NCBI GenBank assembly: GCA_020851795.1
Contig: JADZCA010000001.1
Location: 3,661 to 67,660, forward strand
Reading direction: 5' to 3'
Length of the DNA: 64,000 nt
From: Planctomycetota bacterium
Lineage (GTDB): Bacteria; Planctomycetota; PLA2; JAEUHO01
Of this stretch, positions 9,645 through 18,341 are shown piece by piece (positions within the stretch are counted from its first letter, which is position 1; every line of letters begins with the position of its first letter). The notes below the pieces were generated by a model. That model worked only from the letters and a program-made list of their open reading frames with translations, made no database searches and was not told the origin of the DNA. A program made the translations under genes and the position numbers.

Positions 9645-12002
9645 ATGACCTCCACGACCTCCGCCGCCGCGCCCCCCTCCGCCTCCCCCGAGTCGCTGCT
9701 CGTCCGCTACCGCGCGACGGGCGACGCCAAGGCGCTCGCCGCGCTCTTCGACGCGACGGCGCCCTCGCTGTTCCGCATCGCGCTCTCCCTCGTGCGCGAC
9801 GCGACCGCCGCCGAGGACGCGCTGCAGGAGACCTACATCGCCGCGCTCGAGCACCTCGACCGCTACGACGCGTCGCGGCCGCTGGTCCCGTGGCTGGTCG
9901 GCATCCTGCGCGTGATGGCGATGCGCGCGCGGCGCGACGCCGCCCGCGTGCCCGACCCCGTCCGCGTGGCCGCCGTCACGGGCGCCGAGCGCGAGGGCGA
10001 GGAGCCCGCCGAGCGCGGCGAGGACGCGCAGCGCGTGCGGGCGGCGATCGAGCAGCTCGAGGAGCCCTACCGCAGCGTCGCGCTCCTGCGCTGGCGCTAC
10101 GGGCTCTCGCCCGCCGAGATCGCCGACGTGCGCGGCGAGCCGCCGGGCACCGTGCGCTCGGTGCTCTCGCGCGCGACCGCCCGGCTCAAGGAGACGCTGC
10201 GCGGCGCGCCGGCGTTCTTCCTGTTCCCGACCGGCCCGCGGGGGCTCGAGGGCGTGCGGGAGGCCGTGCTGCGCCGGGCCGCCGCGATCCCCCTGCCCGC
10301 GCCGGCGGGCGCGGTCGCGGGCGCGACCGCGGGGTCGGGCGCGTCGCGGTGGCTCCTGAGCAAGGCGGCGCTCGGAGCCGCCGCGCTCGTCGTGGCGGGC
10401 GTGACGACGTGGGGCGTGCTCGCGCGCGGTCCCGGGGACGATCGGGGCCCCGACGCGGGGCCCGGGGCGCCGCCGGTGGCAGCGGCGGCCCCGTCGCAGG
10501 AGCCGGCTGTCGCTCCCGACGCGCCCGCCCCCGCGCCGGCGGTCGTGCCGCCGCCGACCCCCGTCGAGCCCGACGACCCGCGCGCCGCCTCGCCGACGCC
10601 GACGGCGCCGGACGTGACGGCCCCGACGCCGCCCGACCTGCGTCCGCAGGGCGAGCCCGACCTCCCGATCCCGGTGCCGGTCGAGCCGCCGCCCGTGCAG
10701 TTCGGCGACGACCCCAAGCCGAAGCCGCCGGTGGGGCCGGCCGAGAAGCGCCCCGACGACGACCTCGAGGGCGTCGGCGCCTCGCTGGGCTCCCGGATCG
10801 ACCGCGCCATCGACGCGGGCGTGAAGTGGCTCAAGGCGGCGCAGCTGCCCGACGGCTCGTGGGGCCTCGTGCAGGGCGACGCGGCCTACGGCGGCGGCGA
10901 GGCCGACCCCGCCGCGGCCTACACGCACCCCGCGGGGCCGACCGCGCTCGCGCTCTACGCGCTGCTCAAGAGCGACGTGCCGCTCGACGACCCCGCGGTC
11001 AAGCGCGGGTTCGCGTGGCTGCGCGCGCGCCAGCGCGTGCCGCGCGGCTCCTACGAGACGAGCGCGCTGCTGCTCGCCGTGACGGCGACGGCGCCCGCTC
11101 CGCGTCGGGACGCCGCCGCGGGTGCCGCCGACGGCGACGGACGCCCGAAGCTCCCCGCGGGCGACTGGCGCGACTGGGCGCAGAAGCTCGTGGACGCCCT
11201 CCTCGCGCAGCGCAAGCGCGCGAAGACCTCGGGCTGGCGCTACGGCCTCGAGGGCGGCGTGCCGCCCGGCGGCGCGGAGGACCTGTCGTCCACGCAGCTC
11301 GCCGCCCTGGCGTTGCTCTCCGCCGACCGCTGCGGGATCCGCGTGGAGAGCCGGGTGTGGCGCGAGATCCTCGTGTTCACGTTGCGCCAGCAGGAGGCGG
11401 ACGGGCCCGCGCGGCCGCGCGTCGTGGACGCGCCCGGGACGACGCAGGGCACGACGGACCGGCCCGTGGACCGCGCGCGCGGCTTCGCCTACATCCTGTC
11501 GGAGGCGCTCGACCCCGACGAGGGGCGGCCGACGGGCGGGATGACGGCGTGCGGCATCGCGACGCTGCAGATCGCGCGCTTCGCGCTCACGTCGCGCGGC
11601 GAGGCGGTGGACGGCGACCGCGTGCGCGCCGCCGACGTGCAGCGCGCGATCTACGACGGCCTCGCGTGGCTCGACGCCCACTGGTCGTCGTTCTCCAACC
11701 CGCAGAAGAAGCGGATCAACGTCTACCACGTGGCGTGGCTCTACGCGGCCGAGCGGGCCTTCGACCTGCTCGGCGTGCAGCGCATCGGGAGCCACCTCTG
11801 GTACCGCGAGATGGCGGAGCAGCTGGTCGGGCGCCAAGCCGAGAGGGGCTTCTGGGACTCCGACTCGACGCACAAGCCGCAGGCGGTGCTCGACACCTCC
11901 TTTGCGCTCCTCTTCCTCCACCGCGCGGGGCGCGGGCCCATCCAGGTCCCGTCGCTCACCGATCCCTCCGACCGCCCTCCCACCGACCGCCGCGGGGGCT
12001 AG
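9645..12002 (+). CDS. ECF sigma-70 family factor fused to TM helix, Pro-rich linker and prenyltransferase/squalene-oxidase-like repeat domain
   Basis: Track ORF 9606..12002; I prefer the ATG at 9645. Region 2 is AEDALQETYIAALEHLDRYD and region 4 is YRSVALLRWRYGLSPAEIADVRGEPPGTVRSVLSRATARL. The TM helix is AALGAAALVVAGVTTWGVL. Toroid-type repeats: KWLKAAQLPDGSWG, LRQQEADG, GRQAERGFWDS. Confidence 0.8.
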   Translation: MTSTTSAAAPPSASPESLLVRYRATGDAKALAALFDATAPSLFRIALSLVRDATAAEDALQETYIAALEHLDRYDASRPLVPWLVGILRVMAMRARRDAARVPDPVRVAAVTGAEREGEEPAERGEDAQRVRAAIEQLEEPYRSVALLRWRYGLSPAEIADVRGEPPGTVRSVLSRATARLKETLRGAPAFFLFPTGPRGLEGVREAVLRRAAAIPLPAPAGAVAGATAGSGASRWLLSKAALGAAALVVAGVTTWGVLARGPGDDRGPDAGPGAPPVAAAAPSQEPAVAPDAPAPAPAVVPPPTPVEPDDPRAASPTPTAPDVTAPTPPDLRPQGEPDLPIPVPVEPPPVQFGDDPKPKPPVGPAEKRPDDDLEGVGASLGSRIDRAIDAGVKWLKAAQLPDGSWGLVQGDAAYGGGEADPAAAYTHPAGPTALALYALLKSDVPLDDPAVKRGFAWLRARQRVPRGSYETSALLLAVTATAPAPRRDAAAGAADGDGRPKLPAGDWRDWAQKLVDALLAQRKRAKTSGWRYGLEGGVPPGGAEDLSSTQLAALALLSADRCGIRVESRVWREILVFTLRQQEADGPARPRVVDAPGTTQGTTDRPVDRARGFAYILSEALDPDEGRPTGGMTACGIATLQIARFALTSRGEAVDGDRVRAADVQRAIYDGLAWLDAHWSSFSNPQKKRINVYHVAWLYAAERAFDLLGVQRIGSHLWYREMAEQLVGRQAERGFWDSDSTHKPQAVLDTSFALLFLHRAGRGPIQVPSLTDPSDRPPTDRRGG

Positions 12003-12005
12003 CCC

Positions 12006-12054
12006 CGCAACTCGGTGCCAGGCACCGCACTGCGGTGCCTGGCACCGAGTTGCG
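12006..12054. repeat. 49-nt perfect palindrome (24-bp arms, 1-nt centre); candidate terminator/attenuator or protein-binding site
   Basis: I checked the base pairing by hand: 12006-12029 pairs perfectly with 12054-12031, with the centre at 12030. Each arm contains the sub-palindrome GGTGCC(A/T)GGCACC. It starts 4 nt after the TAG at 12000-12002 and ends 28 nt before the GTG at 12082. There is no T-tract. Confidence 0.9.
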
Positions 12055-12081
12055 CTATGCTGCGGGGGTCGGGAGGACCCC

Positions 12082-15000
12082 GTGGGACGTCGCCGCGTCG
12101 TGCTCGCCGTCGTCGCGCTGTGCGCCGTGCTCGCGGCCGCGTGGTGGGGGCGGGACCTCGTCGGCCTCCGGGGAGCCGACCTCGTCGAAGCCGAACGCGA
12201 CGACGGGCGCGCCCCGCCGCCGGCCGAGCGAGCGGGACCCGACGCCGTCGCGGCCGCCGGCACCCTCGGCGCGCGGCCCCGCGCGACGACCGCGCCGCCG
12301 GCCGCGGAGGAGCCGGCGATCACCGGGCGCGTGCTCGACGCCGACGGCCGCCCCGTCGCGGACGCGCGCGTGCTGGCGCTGCCCGACGGACTGCGAGCGC
12401 CGTTCGCCCTCGAGGAGGTCGGCGGGGAGGGCTTCGCGGTCGCCGACGCGATCAGCGGCGCCGACGGACGCTTCCGCGTCGCGGTGCGGGGGGGCGCGGT
12501 GCTCGCGACCCTCGTCGCGATCGCCGCGGACGGCGCGCGCGGCTCGGCCCTCGACGTGCCCGCGGGCCGCGACGTGGAGGTCGTCGTGGTCGCGCCCGGT
12601 GCGATCGAGGGCACCGTCGTCGCGCGCGACGGCACGCCCGTGCCCGGCGCGAGGGTGCGGCTCTCGGGCGCGACCGACCTCGTGCGCGTGGACGTCGAGG
12701 CGGTGGCCGACGCGCGGGGCGCGTTCCGGGTCGCCCCCGTGCCCGTCTCGGGGCGCGAGAGCGCGTTCGCGACGGCCTCGCTCGTCGCCCTCGTCGAGGT
12801 GACGGCGGAGGGCTTCGCCCCGCTCGTGCCGTCGCCGTGGCCCTTGCCCGGCGCGCCGGGCGAGGTCGTGCGGCGCACGTTCGTGCTCTCCCGGGGGTCG
12901 ACGCTGCTCGGGCGCGTCGTGCACGCCGGGACGAAGGCGCCCGTCGCGGGGGCCCGGGTCGTGCTGTGGTCCATCGAAGGCAACGCGACGCAGACGCGCG
13001 GCCCCGGCGGCCGCACCGTCGCGCTCCCGCGGGGCCAACGGGTGCTCGCGGAGGCCACGAGCGGCTCGGACGGCACCTTCCGGTTCGAGCACGTGCCCGG
13101 CCTCGGCTTCCACGCACCGATGTCGCCCGTGAACGGTCGCCTCGGGCCGCTGGTCGGCAACGTCACCGCCTTCGCGGACGGCCTCGCGCCGACCTCGGCG
13201 TCGTTCGCGGCGATCGTCGAGGGGGAGCGGCAGGAGGTCGCGCTCGAGGCGTGGCCCGCGACGACGCTGCTCGGGCGCGTCGTGGACGCCCGCGGGGCGC
13301 CGGCGCACGCCGACGTGGCCCAGCAAGCGCCCGAGGGACGCGGGATGCTCTATCTTCCGGCGTCGTTGTTCCCCGACACGCCGTCCGGCCAGACGCAGAC
13401 CGACGCCAACGGACGCTACCGCCTGCTCGTGCCGAGCGCGCCTACGCCGGGCGACCCGGAACCGGCGGTCCTCGTGGCCGCGGATCCCGACGACACGACC
13501 GCGACGGCCACCGTGACGCTCCGCGCAGGCCACGCCGTCGAGGTGCCCGACCTCGTGCTCGCGGCCGTGCCCGCGGGCGCGCACGAGGTGGCGGTGGCCG
13601 TCGTGGACGAGCGCGGGGCTCCGGTGGTGGGCGCGACGGTGAGCCTCGACGGGTCCGACGCGCGGGGCGGGCACCGCACCGACCTTCGGGGGCGCGTCGC
13701 GATCGCGACGGACGCCGACGTCGGCGTGGAGGCGCGGGTGCGCGTCGCGTCCGAAGGGTACGGGGCCGCCGTGGCTCGGGTGCGCGTCACCTCGCCGGGC
13801 GCGCCGCCGACCCCGCTGCGGCTGCATGCGGGTCACCGGCTCGCGGGTCGCGTGGTGGACGCGGCGGGTCGTGGCGTCCCGGGCGTGGCGATCGTCGTCG
13901 GAGACGGGCGGGTTTCCCCGGAAGCGCTCGCGGCCGACGTGGCGCGCGTGCGAGACGGCGTCCGCCGGGCGACGAGCGAGCGCGATCCGTCCACGGGCTT
14001 CGCCGCTGCGGCGCTCGGCGAGACCGTCCCCCCCGACGGCCCGTGGGCGACGGACTACGTCGACGGGGAGGGCCGATTCTCGCTGCGCAATCTCCCGCCG
14101 GGTCCGTACACGGTGATCGCGCACCGCTACGCGCAGCCCGGGCCGTCGGCCACCGGCGTGCCGTCGGACACCTTGGACTGCACGCTGGTCGCGGAGGCGT
14201 GGATGCAGCCGCCTCGCCTGACGACCGTGTCCGGGACCGTGCGCGACGCCGCGACCGGCGTCGCTCCCGAGCAGCTCGACGTCGAGCTGGACGCTTGGCC
14301 CTTCCCGATGCGACAGGCGTCGTCCGACGCGCAACGGCCGGGACTGCGGCCGGGGATCGGCGGCGCGGAGCTCGAGCTCGCGGCGCCCGGTCGGTTCTCG
14401 TTCACGGAGGTCGGAGCGGGGCCCGCGGTGCTGACCGTGCGCGCGGCCGGCTACGTCCCGGTCCGACGCACGCTCTGGGTCACCGCGGGCGTCCCGATCG
14501 AGCTCGCGCCGATCGAGCTGTCGCGCGGCGTCGTCGTCCGAGGCACGTTGCGCGTGCGGGAGGGCGATGCGCCGGCGCGGCTCCGGGTGGCGTTCACGGC
14601 GGTCGGGGTGCGCGAAGGGGGCGCGATCGAGCGGAGCGCCTCCGTCGCGCCCGACGGACGCTACGAGGTGCGGGGGCTGGCCCCGGGCCGTTGGCGGCTG
14701 GCGGTCGGATCCGTCGAGGGGCAGGTCTTCGCCGTCGCCGACGGCGCGCCCTGCGTGATCCCCCCCGCGACGCCCGAGGTCGTCTTCGACGCGACGCTCG
14801 TCCCGGCCGCGCTGCTCTTCCTCGGGACCTCGGATCCCCGGTTCCGCGTCGCGCAGGACGGCGTGTCGGACGCCGACCGCGCGCTCGCGGCGGGCACCGT
14901 GGTCGTGGTGCTCGACGAGCACGGCGACGTCGTCGAGCGGTGCGACGGCGTCGGCACGTCCGACGCGCAGGAGCACCTCGGCGGGCTCGTGCTGCCGGTC

Positions 15001-15144
15001 GGCCGCTACACCGTGCGGGTGACCGTCCCCGGGGAGGCCGCGACCGAGCAGCCGGCCGAGCTCAAGGCCGGACAGAGCGTGGGCGTGATCTACGGCGTCA
15101 CGCCGCCGGGCACGATGGCCTGCGGTGGGGGCAAGTGCGGGTGA
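12082..15144 (+). CDS. Secreted/membrane-anchored carboxypeptidase-regulatory-like (CarboxypepD_reg) repeat protein
   Basis: The GTG at 12082 is in frame with track ORF 11902..15144, with GGGAGG 6 nt upstream. The signal anchor is VVLAVVALCAVLAAAWW. About 10 repeats fit the pattern G-R-V-V-D-x-x-G-x-P-V-x-G-A-x-V ... DGRF/Y-R-x-x-x-L/V-P-x-G. Confidence 0.8.
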   Translation: MGRRRVVLAVVALCAVLAAAWWGRDLVGLRGADLVEAERDDGRAPPPAERAGPDAVAAAGTLGARPRATTAPPAAEEPAITGRVLDADGRPVADARVLALPDGLRAPFALEEVGGEGFAVADAISGADGRFRVAVRGGAVLATLVAIAADGARGSALDVPAGRDVEVVVVAPGAIEGTVVARDGTPVPGARVRLSGATDLVRVDVEAVADARGAFRVAPVPVSGRESAFATASLVALVEVTAEGFAPLVPSPWPLPGAPGEVVRRTFVLSRGSTLLGRVVHAGTKAPVAGARVVLWSIEGNATQTRGPGGRTVALPRGQRVLAEATSGSDGTFRFEHVPGLGFHAPMSPVNGRLGPLVGNVTAFADGLAPTSASFAAIVEGERQEVALEAWPATTLLGRVVDARGAPAHADVAQQAPEGRGMLYLPASLFPDTPSGQTQTDANGRYRLLVPSAPTPGDPEPAVLVAADPDDTTATATVTLRAGHAVEVPDLVLAAVPAGAHEVAVAVVDERGAPVVGATVSLDGSDARGGHRTDLRGRVAIATDADVGVEARVRVASEGYGAAVARVRVTSPGAPPTPLRLHAGHRLAGRVVDAAGRGVPGVAIVVGDGRVSPEALAADVARVRDGVRRATSERDPSTGFAAAALGETVPPDGPWATDYVDGEGRFSLRNLPPGPYTVIAHRYAQPGPSATGVPSDTLDCTLVAEAWMQPPRLTTVSGTVRDAATGVAPEQLDVELDAWPFPMRQASSDAQRPGLRPGIGGAELELAAPGRFSFTEVGAGPAVLTVRAAGYVPVRRTLWVTAGVPIELAPIELSRGVVVRGTLRVREGDAPARLRVAFTAVGVREGGAIERSASVAPDGRYEVRGLAPGRWRLAVGSVEGQVFAVADGAPCVIPPATPEVVFDATLVPAALLFLGTSDPRFRVAQDGVSDADRALAAGTVVVVLDEHGDVVERCDGVGTSDAQEHLGGLVLPVGRYTVRVTVPGEAATEQPAELKAGQSVGVIYGVTPPGTMACGGGKCG

Positions 15145-15197
15145 ACCGGCGGCCGCGTCGGACGTAGACTCCCCTGCGGTCGCGGAGACGGTGCTCG

Positions 15198-18100
15198 ATG
15201 GCGCGCAAGCTGGTCCTCCTCGTCGTCCTCGCCGCGGTGGCGGCGCTCGTCGCGTGGCAGGCGGGCGTGCTCTCGCCGCGCGGTGAGTCGCTCGGGCTCG
15301 GCGGCGGCGATCCCGACGCGCCCGACGCCGCGGGGGCCGGTGCGGCAGCCTCGGACGGCGCGGGCGCGCCCGGCACGGCCGACGGCGGCACGCTGGCCCG
15401 CAGCACGCGCCCCGTCGCCAAGACCAAGCCCGCCACGGTGGACGGCCCTCGCATCACGGGGATCGTCGTGGACCGCGCGGGGACGCCGCTGCGCGACGCC
15501 CGCGTGCTCTCGATGCCCGACACCCTCGAGCGGACCTTCTCGGCCGACGACGTCGGCAAGGCCGACCTCGCGGTGTCCGACGCCGTCACGGGCGAGGACG
15601 GCCGCTTCGTCGTGGCCGTCGCGGACGCGCCCTACCACGCGCTCGTCGTCGAGGTGGCAGGACGCTCTCCCGCACTCGAGTCGCCGGTGCGCACCGGCGC
15701 CGACGTGCGCATCGTCGTCGAGGACGGCGCCGTGGCACGCGGCGTCGTGATGGACGCCGACGGCACGCCGGTCGCGGGGGCGCGGGTGCGCTGGAACGGG
15801 CTCCTCGACGCCTACCGCGTCGGCGCCGAGACCACGTCCGGGCCCGACGGACGCTACCGCCTCGTCGGCCTCCCCGCGGCCGCCCCGACCGCGGCGCGCG
15901 CCGTGGGGTACGTCCCGTCGTCCGCGTTCGGGGCGTTCCTCGTGGACGCCGAGGGCTTCGCGCCGCTCCTCGTCGCGACGGCGCGCCGCTTCGAGCCCGG
16001 CCAGGACGCCGAGCGCGACTTCGTCCTCTCGCGCGGCGCGACGGTGCACGGGACGGTGGTCGAGGCCGAGACCGAGAAGCCCGTGGCCGACGCGCGCGTC
16101 GTGCTCTGGTCGCTCGAGGGGGCGGGGTACGCGATCTGGCGCGGCGGGAACGGCGGGAAGTCGGTGGCGCCGCCCTGGTCGCCGCGCCTGCTCCAAGAGG
16201 CGCGCACCGGCGCCGACGGGTCGTTCCGCCTCGAGCACGTGCCCGCACAAGGGTTCCACCCCGTGCAGTCCAACGAGTGGGGCGAGAAGGGGCCGGTGGT
16301 GGGGCGCGTCGCGGCGATCGCGACCGGCTACGCGCCCGCGACGGCGCCGGTCGGGGCGGCGAAGGAGGGCGCGACGGTGCCGGTCACCCTCAAGGTGTGG
16401 CGGACGGCGGTCGTGCGCGGGCGCGCGCTCGACGCGCAGGGCCAGCCCGCCAAGGGCGCGTGGGTCAACGTCGCGCGCAGCGACCGCTCCGCCGGCGAAG
16501 GGCTGCCGAAGTCGTTGTTCCCCGACGGCCCGCGCGGGCCGACCGTCCAGGCGGGCGACGACGGCTCGTTCCGGCTCGACGGCCTGGCCGTCGCGGCGCA
16601 GGGCGCCGAGGAGCTCCAGATCGTCGGGCGGCTCGAGGCGTCGTCGCGGCGCGGGTGGACGGAGGCCGGCGACGGCTCGGTCAAGGTGAAGGTCTCGGCC
16701 GGGGCCGACGTCGTCGCGCCCGACCTCGTGCTCAAGCCCGACGAGTCCCGCGGGCCCGCCGTCGAGGTGCGGGTCCGCGTCGTGGACCCGAGCGGGGCGC
16801 CCGTGTGGGGGGCGCAGGTCGGCGTGTCGTGGAATCCCTCGTTCGTCGGCGCCCGCACGGACCGCGACGGCGTCACGACGGTCTCGCTGCTCAGGCACGC
16901 GCGCCGCACGATGCCCGGCGAGATCACCGCGACGGCGTCGGCGCGGGGCTTCGCGTCGGGGGCCGCGACGTTTGCCCCGACCGAGGGCGCAGCGGTGGAG
17001 GTGACGATCACGCTCAAGGCGGCGCACACGCTGTCGGGCCGGGTCGTGCGCACCGACGGGACGGGCGTGCCCGGCGTGCAGGTCGGCGTGGCCGACGGCA
17101 CGCTGCCGGTGGCCACCGTCTTCCCCGAGCCCAAACCCGGCGTGCGAAGCCCGATGGCGCCGGCCCCTGCTCGCCCGGGGACCATCGGCCCGCACTACGG
17201 CAGCGCCACGACCGACGAGAAGGGGGCGTTCGTCGTCGAGGGCCTCCCGGAGGGGCCGTACCACCTGCTCGCCACGACGGCGCCGCGCAACGGGGCCGCG
17301 ACGAGCACGGTGCGCGCGCTCGCGGTGGACGTGCCGACGGACGCGCGCGACGTCGAGCTGTCGTTGTCGATGGCAGCGGCGCCGCCGACGGGACGGCTCG
17401 AGGGCTCGGTCGCGGACGCCGCGACGAAGCGTCCCGTGCGCCAGCTCGTCGTCCAGCTGCGGCGCGGCGACGAGACGGGCGCCACGGCGTGGGCGGGCGC
17501 CGAGGGGCCGTTCTTCGGCCCCGGCGGCGCGACGCAGGGCACGATGCCGTCGCCGGGACGCTTCGAGTTCCCGGCCGCGCCCGAGGGCTCGTGGACGCTC
17601 GTGGCGCAGGCCGAGGGGTACCGACCGGCGTCGGTCGAGGTCGCGGTGCGTGCCGGCGAGACGACGAAGGTCCCTCCGATCCTCCTCGACTTCGGCGTCA
17701 CGGTGCGCGGTCGCGCCCGGCTCCCGAGCGGTTTCGACATGGCCTCCCGCACGCTCGTCTTCACGGAGGCCGACGGCACGGGCGCCGAGATCCGCTCGGT
17801 CTCCGCGCGGCTCGAGGACGACGGTCGCTACGAGGCGACCGGGTTGACGCCCGGCCGCTGGCGGGTCGCGAGCTGGGTGGACTCGTGGTCGGGCAACGAG
17901 CCGCCTCCGCAGCTCGTGCCCGACGCGGGCCTGCTGACCGTGGACGCGACGACCGGCGAGGTGCGCTTCGACCCCACGCTCGTGGCCGCGGGGATGCTCC
18001 AGATCAACTGCAACGACCCGAAGCTGCCGCCGCCGCCTTGGGAGGGCACCGGGGCGACCGACGAGCAGAAGGCCTACGCGGCGGCCTGCGCGATCGCCGT

Positions 18101-18341
18101 CCGCGACGGCGCCGGCGCCGTCGTGGCGGAGCAGCGCGGCGGAATCACGCGCGCCGGGGCGGGGCGCGTGGGGTGGCTGTTGCTCGTGCCGGGTCGGTAC
18201 AGCGTGCACATCGAGCGTCCCGGCGAGGCGCCGCGCGACGAGGCGATCGAGGTGAAGCCGTCGCAGCCGGCCTTCGTCTCGCTCGCCCCGGCCGCGCCGG
18301 CCGCCGGTACGCCCGGCGCGATCATCCCGCCCGGTCGCTGA
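15198..18341 (+). CDS. Carboxypeptidase-regulatory-like repeat protein, tandem paralog of 12082..15144
   Basis: Track ORF with signal anchor MARKLVLLVVLAAVAALVAW and the same repeat pattern. The N-terminal block ITGIVVDRAGTPLRDARVLSMPD aligns to ITGRVLDADGRPVADARVLALPD of the upstream gene. Confidence 0.85.
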   Translation: MARKLVLLVVLAAVAALVAWQAGVLSPRGESLGLGGGDPDAPDAAGAGAAASDGAGAPGTADGGTLARSTRPVAKTKPATVDGPRITGIVVDRAGTPLRDARVLSMPDTLERTFSADDVGKADLAVSDAVTGEDGRFVVAVADAPYHALVVEVAGRSPALESPVRTGADVRIVVEDGAVARGVVMDADGTPVAGARVRWNGLLDAYRVGAETTSGPDGRYRLVGLPAAAPTAARAVGYVPSSAFGAFLVDAEGFAPLLVATARRFEPGQDAERDFVLSRGATVHGTVVEAETEKPVADARVVLWSLEGAGYAIWRGGNGGKSVAPPWSPRLLQEARTGADGSFRLEHVPAQGFHPVQSNEWGEKGPVVGRVAAIATGYAPATAPVGAAKEGATVPVTLKVWRTAVVRGRALDAQGQPAKGAWVNVARSDRSAGEGLPKSLFPDGPRGPTVQAGDDGSFRLDGLAVAAQGAEELQIVGRLEASSRRGWTEAGDGSVKVKVSAGADVVAPDLVLKPDESRGPAVEVRVRVVDPSGAPVWGAQVGVSWNPSFVGARTDRDGVTTVSLLRHARRTMPGEITATASARGFASGAATFAPTEGAAVEVTITLKAAHTLSGRVVRTDGTGVPGVQVGVADGTLPVATVFPEPKPGVRSPMAPAPARPGTIGPHYGSATTDEKGAFVVEGLPEGPYHLLATTAPRNGAATSTVRALAVDVPTDARDVELSLSMAAAPPTGRLEGSVADAATKRPVRQLVVQLRRGDETGATAWAGAEGPFFGPGGATQGTMPSPGRFEFPAAPEGSWTLVAQAEGYRPASVEVAVRAGETTKVPPILLDFGVTVRGRARLPSGFDMASRTLVFTEADGTGAEIRSVSARLEDDGRYEATGLTPGRWRVASWVDSWSGNEPPPQLVPDAGLLTVDATTGEVRFDPTLVAAGMLQINCNDPKLPPPPWEGTGATDEQKAYAAACAIAVRDGAGAVVAEQRGGITRAGAGRVGWLLLVPGRYSVHIERPGEAPRDEAIEVKPSQPAFVSLAPAAPAAGTPGAIIPPGR

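Noticed and set aside
4371-13166. Upstream ~2930 codons of the 3785-aa minus-strand track ORF (1809..13166), which would make a giant protein.
   Set aside because: Only the last 853 codons (pepN, from ATG 4370) have normal composition and family motifs. The rest is Arg/Pro/Ala/Gly-rich read-through. It is antisense or out of frame to five well-supported plus- and minus-strand genes. This is the typical stop-codon-free artefact of very GC-rich DNA.
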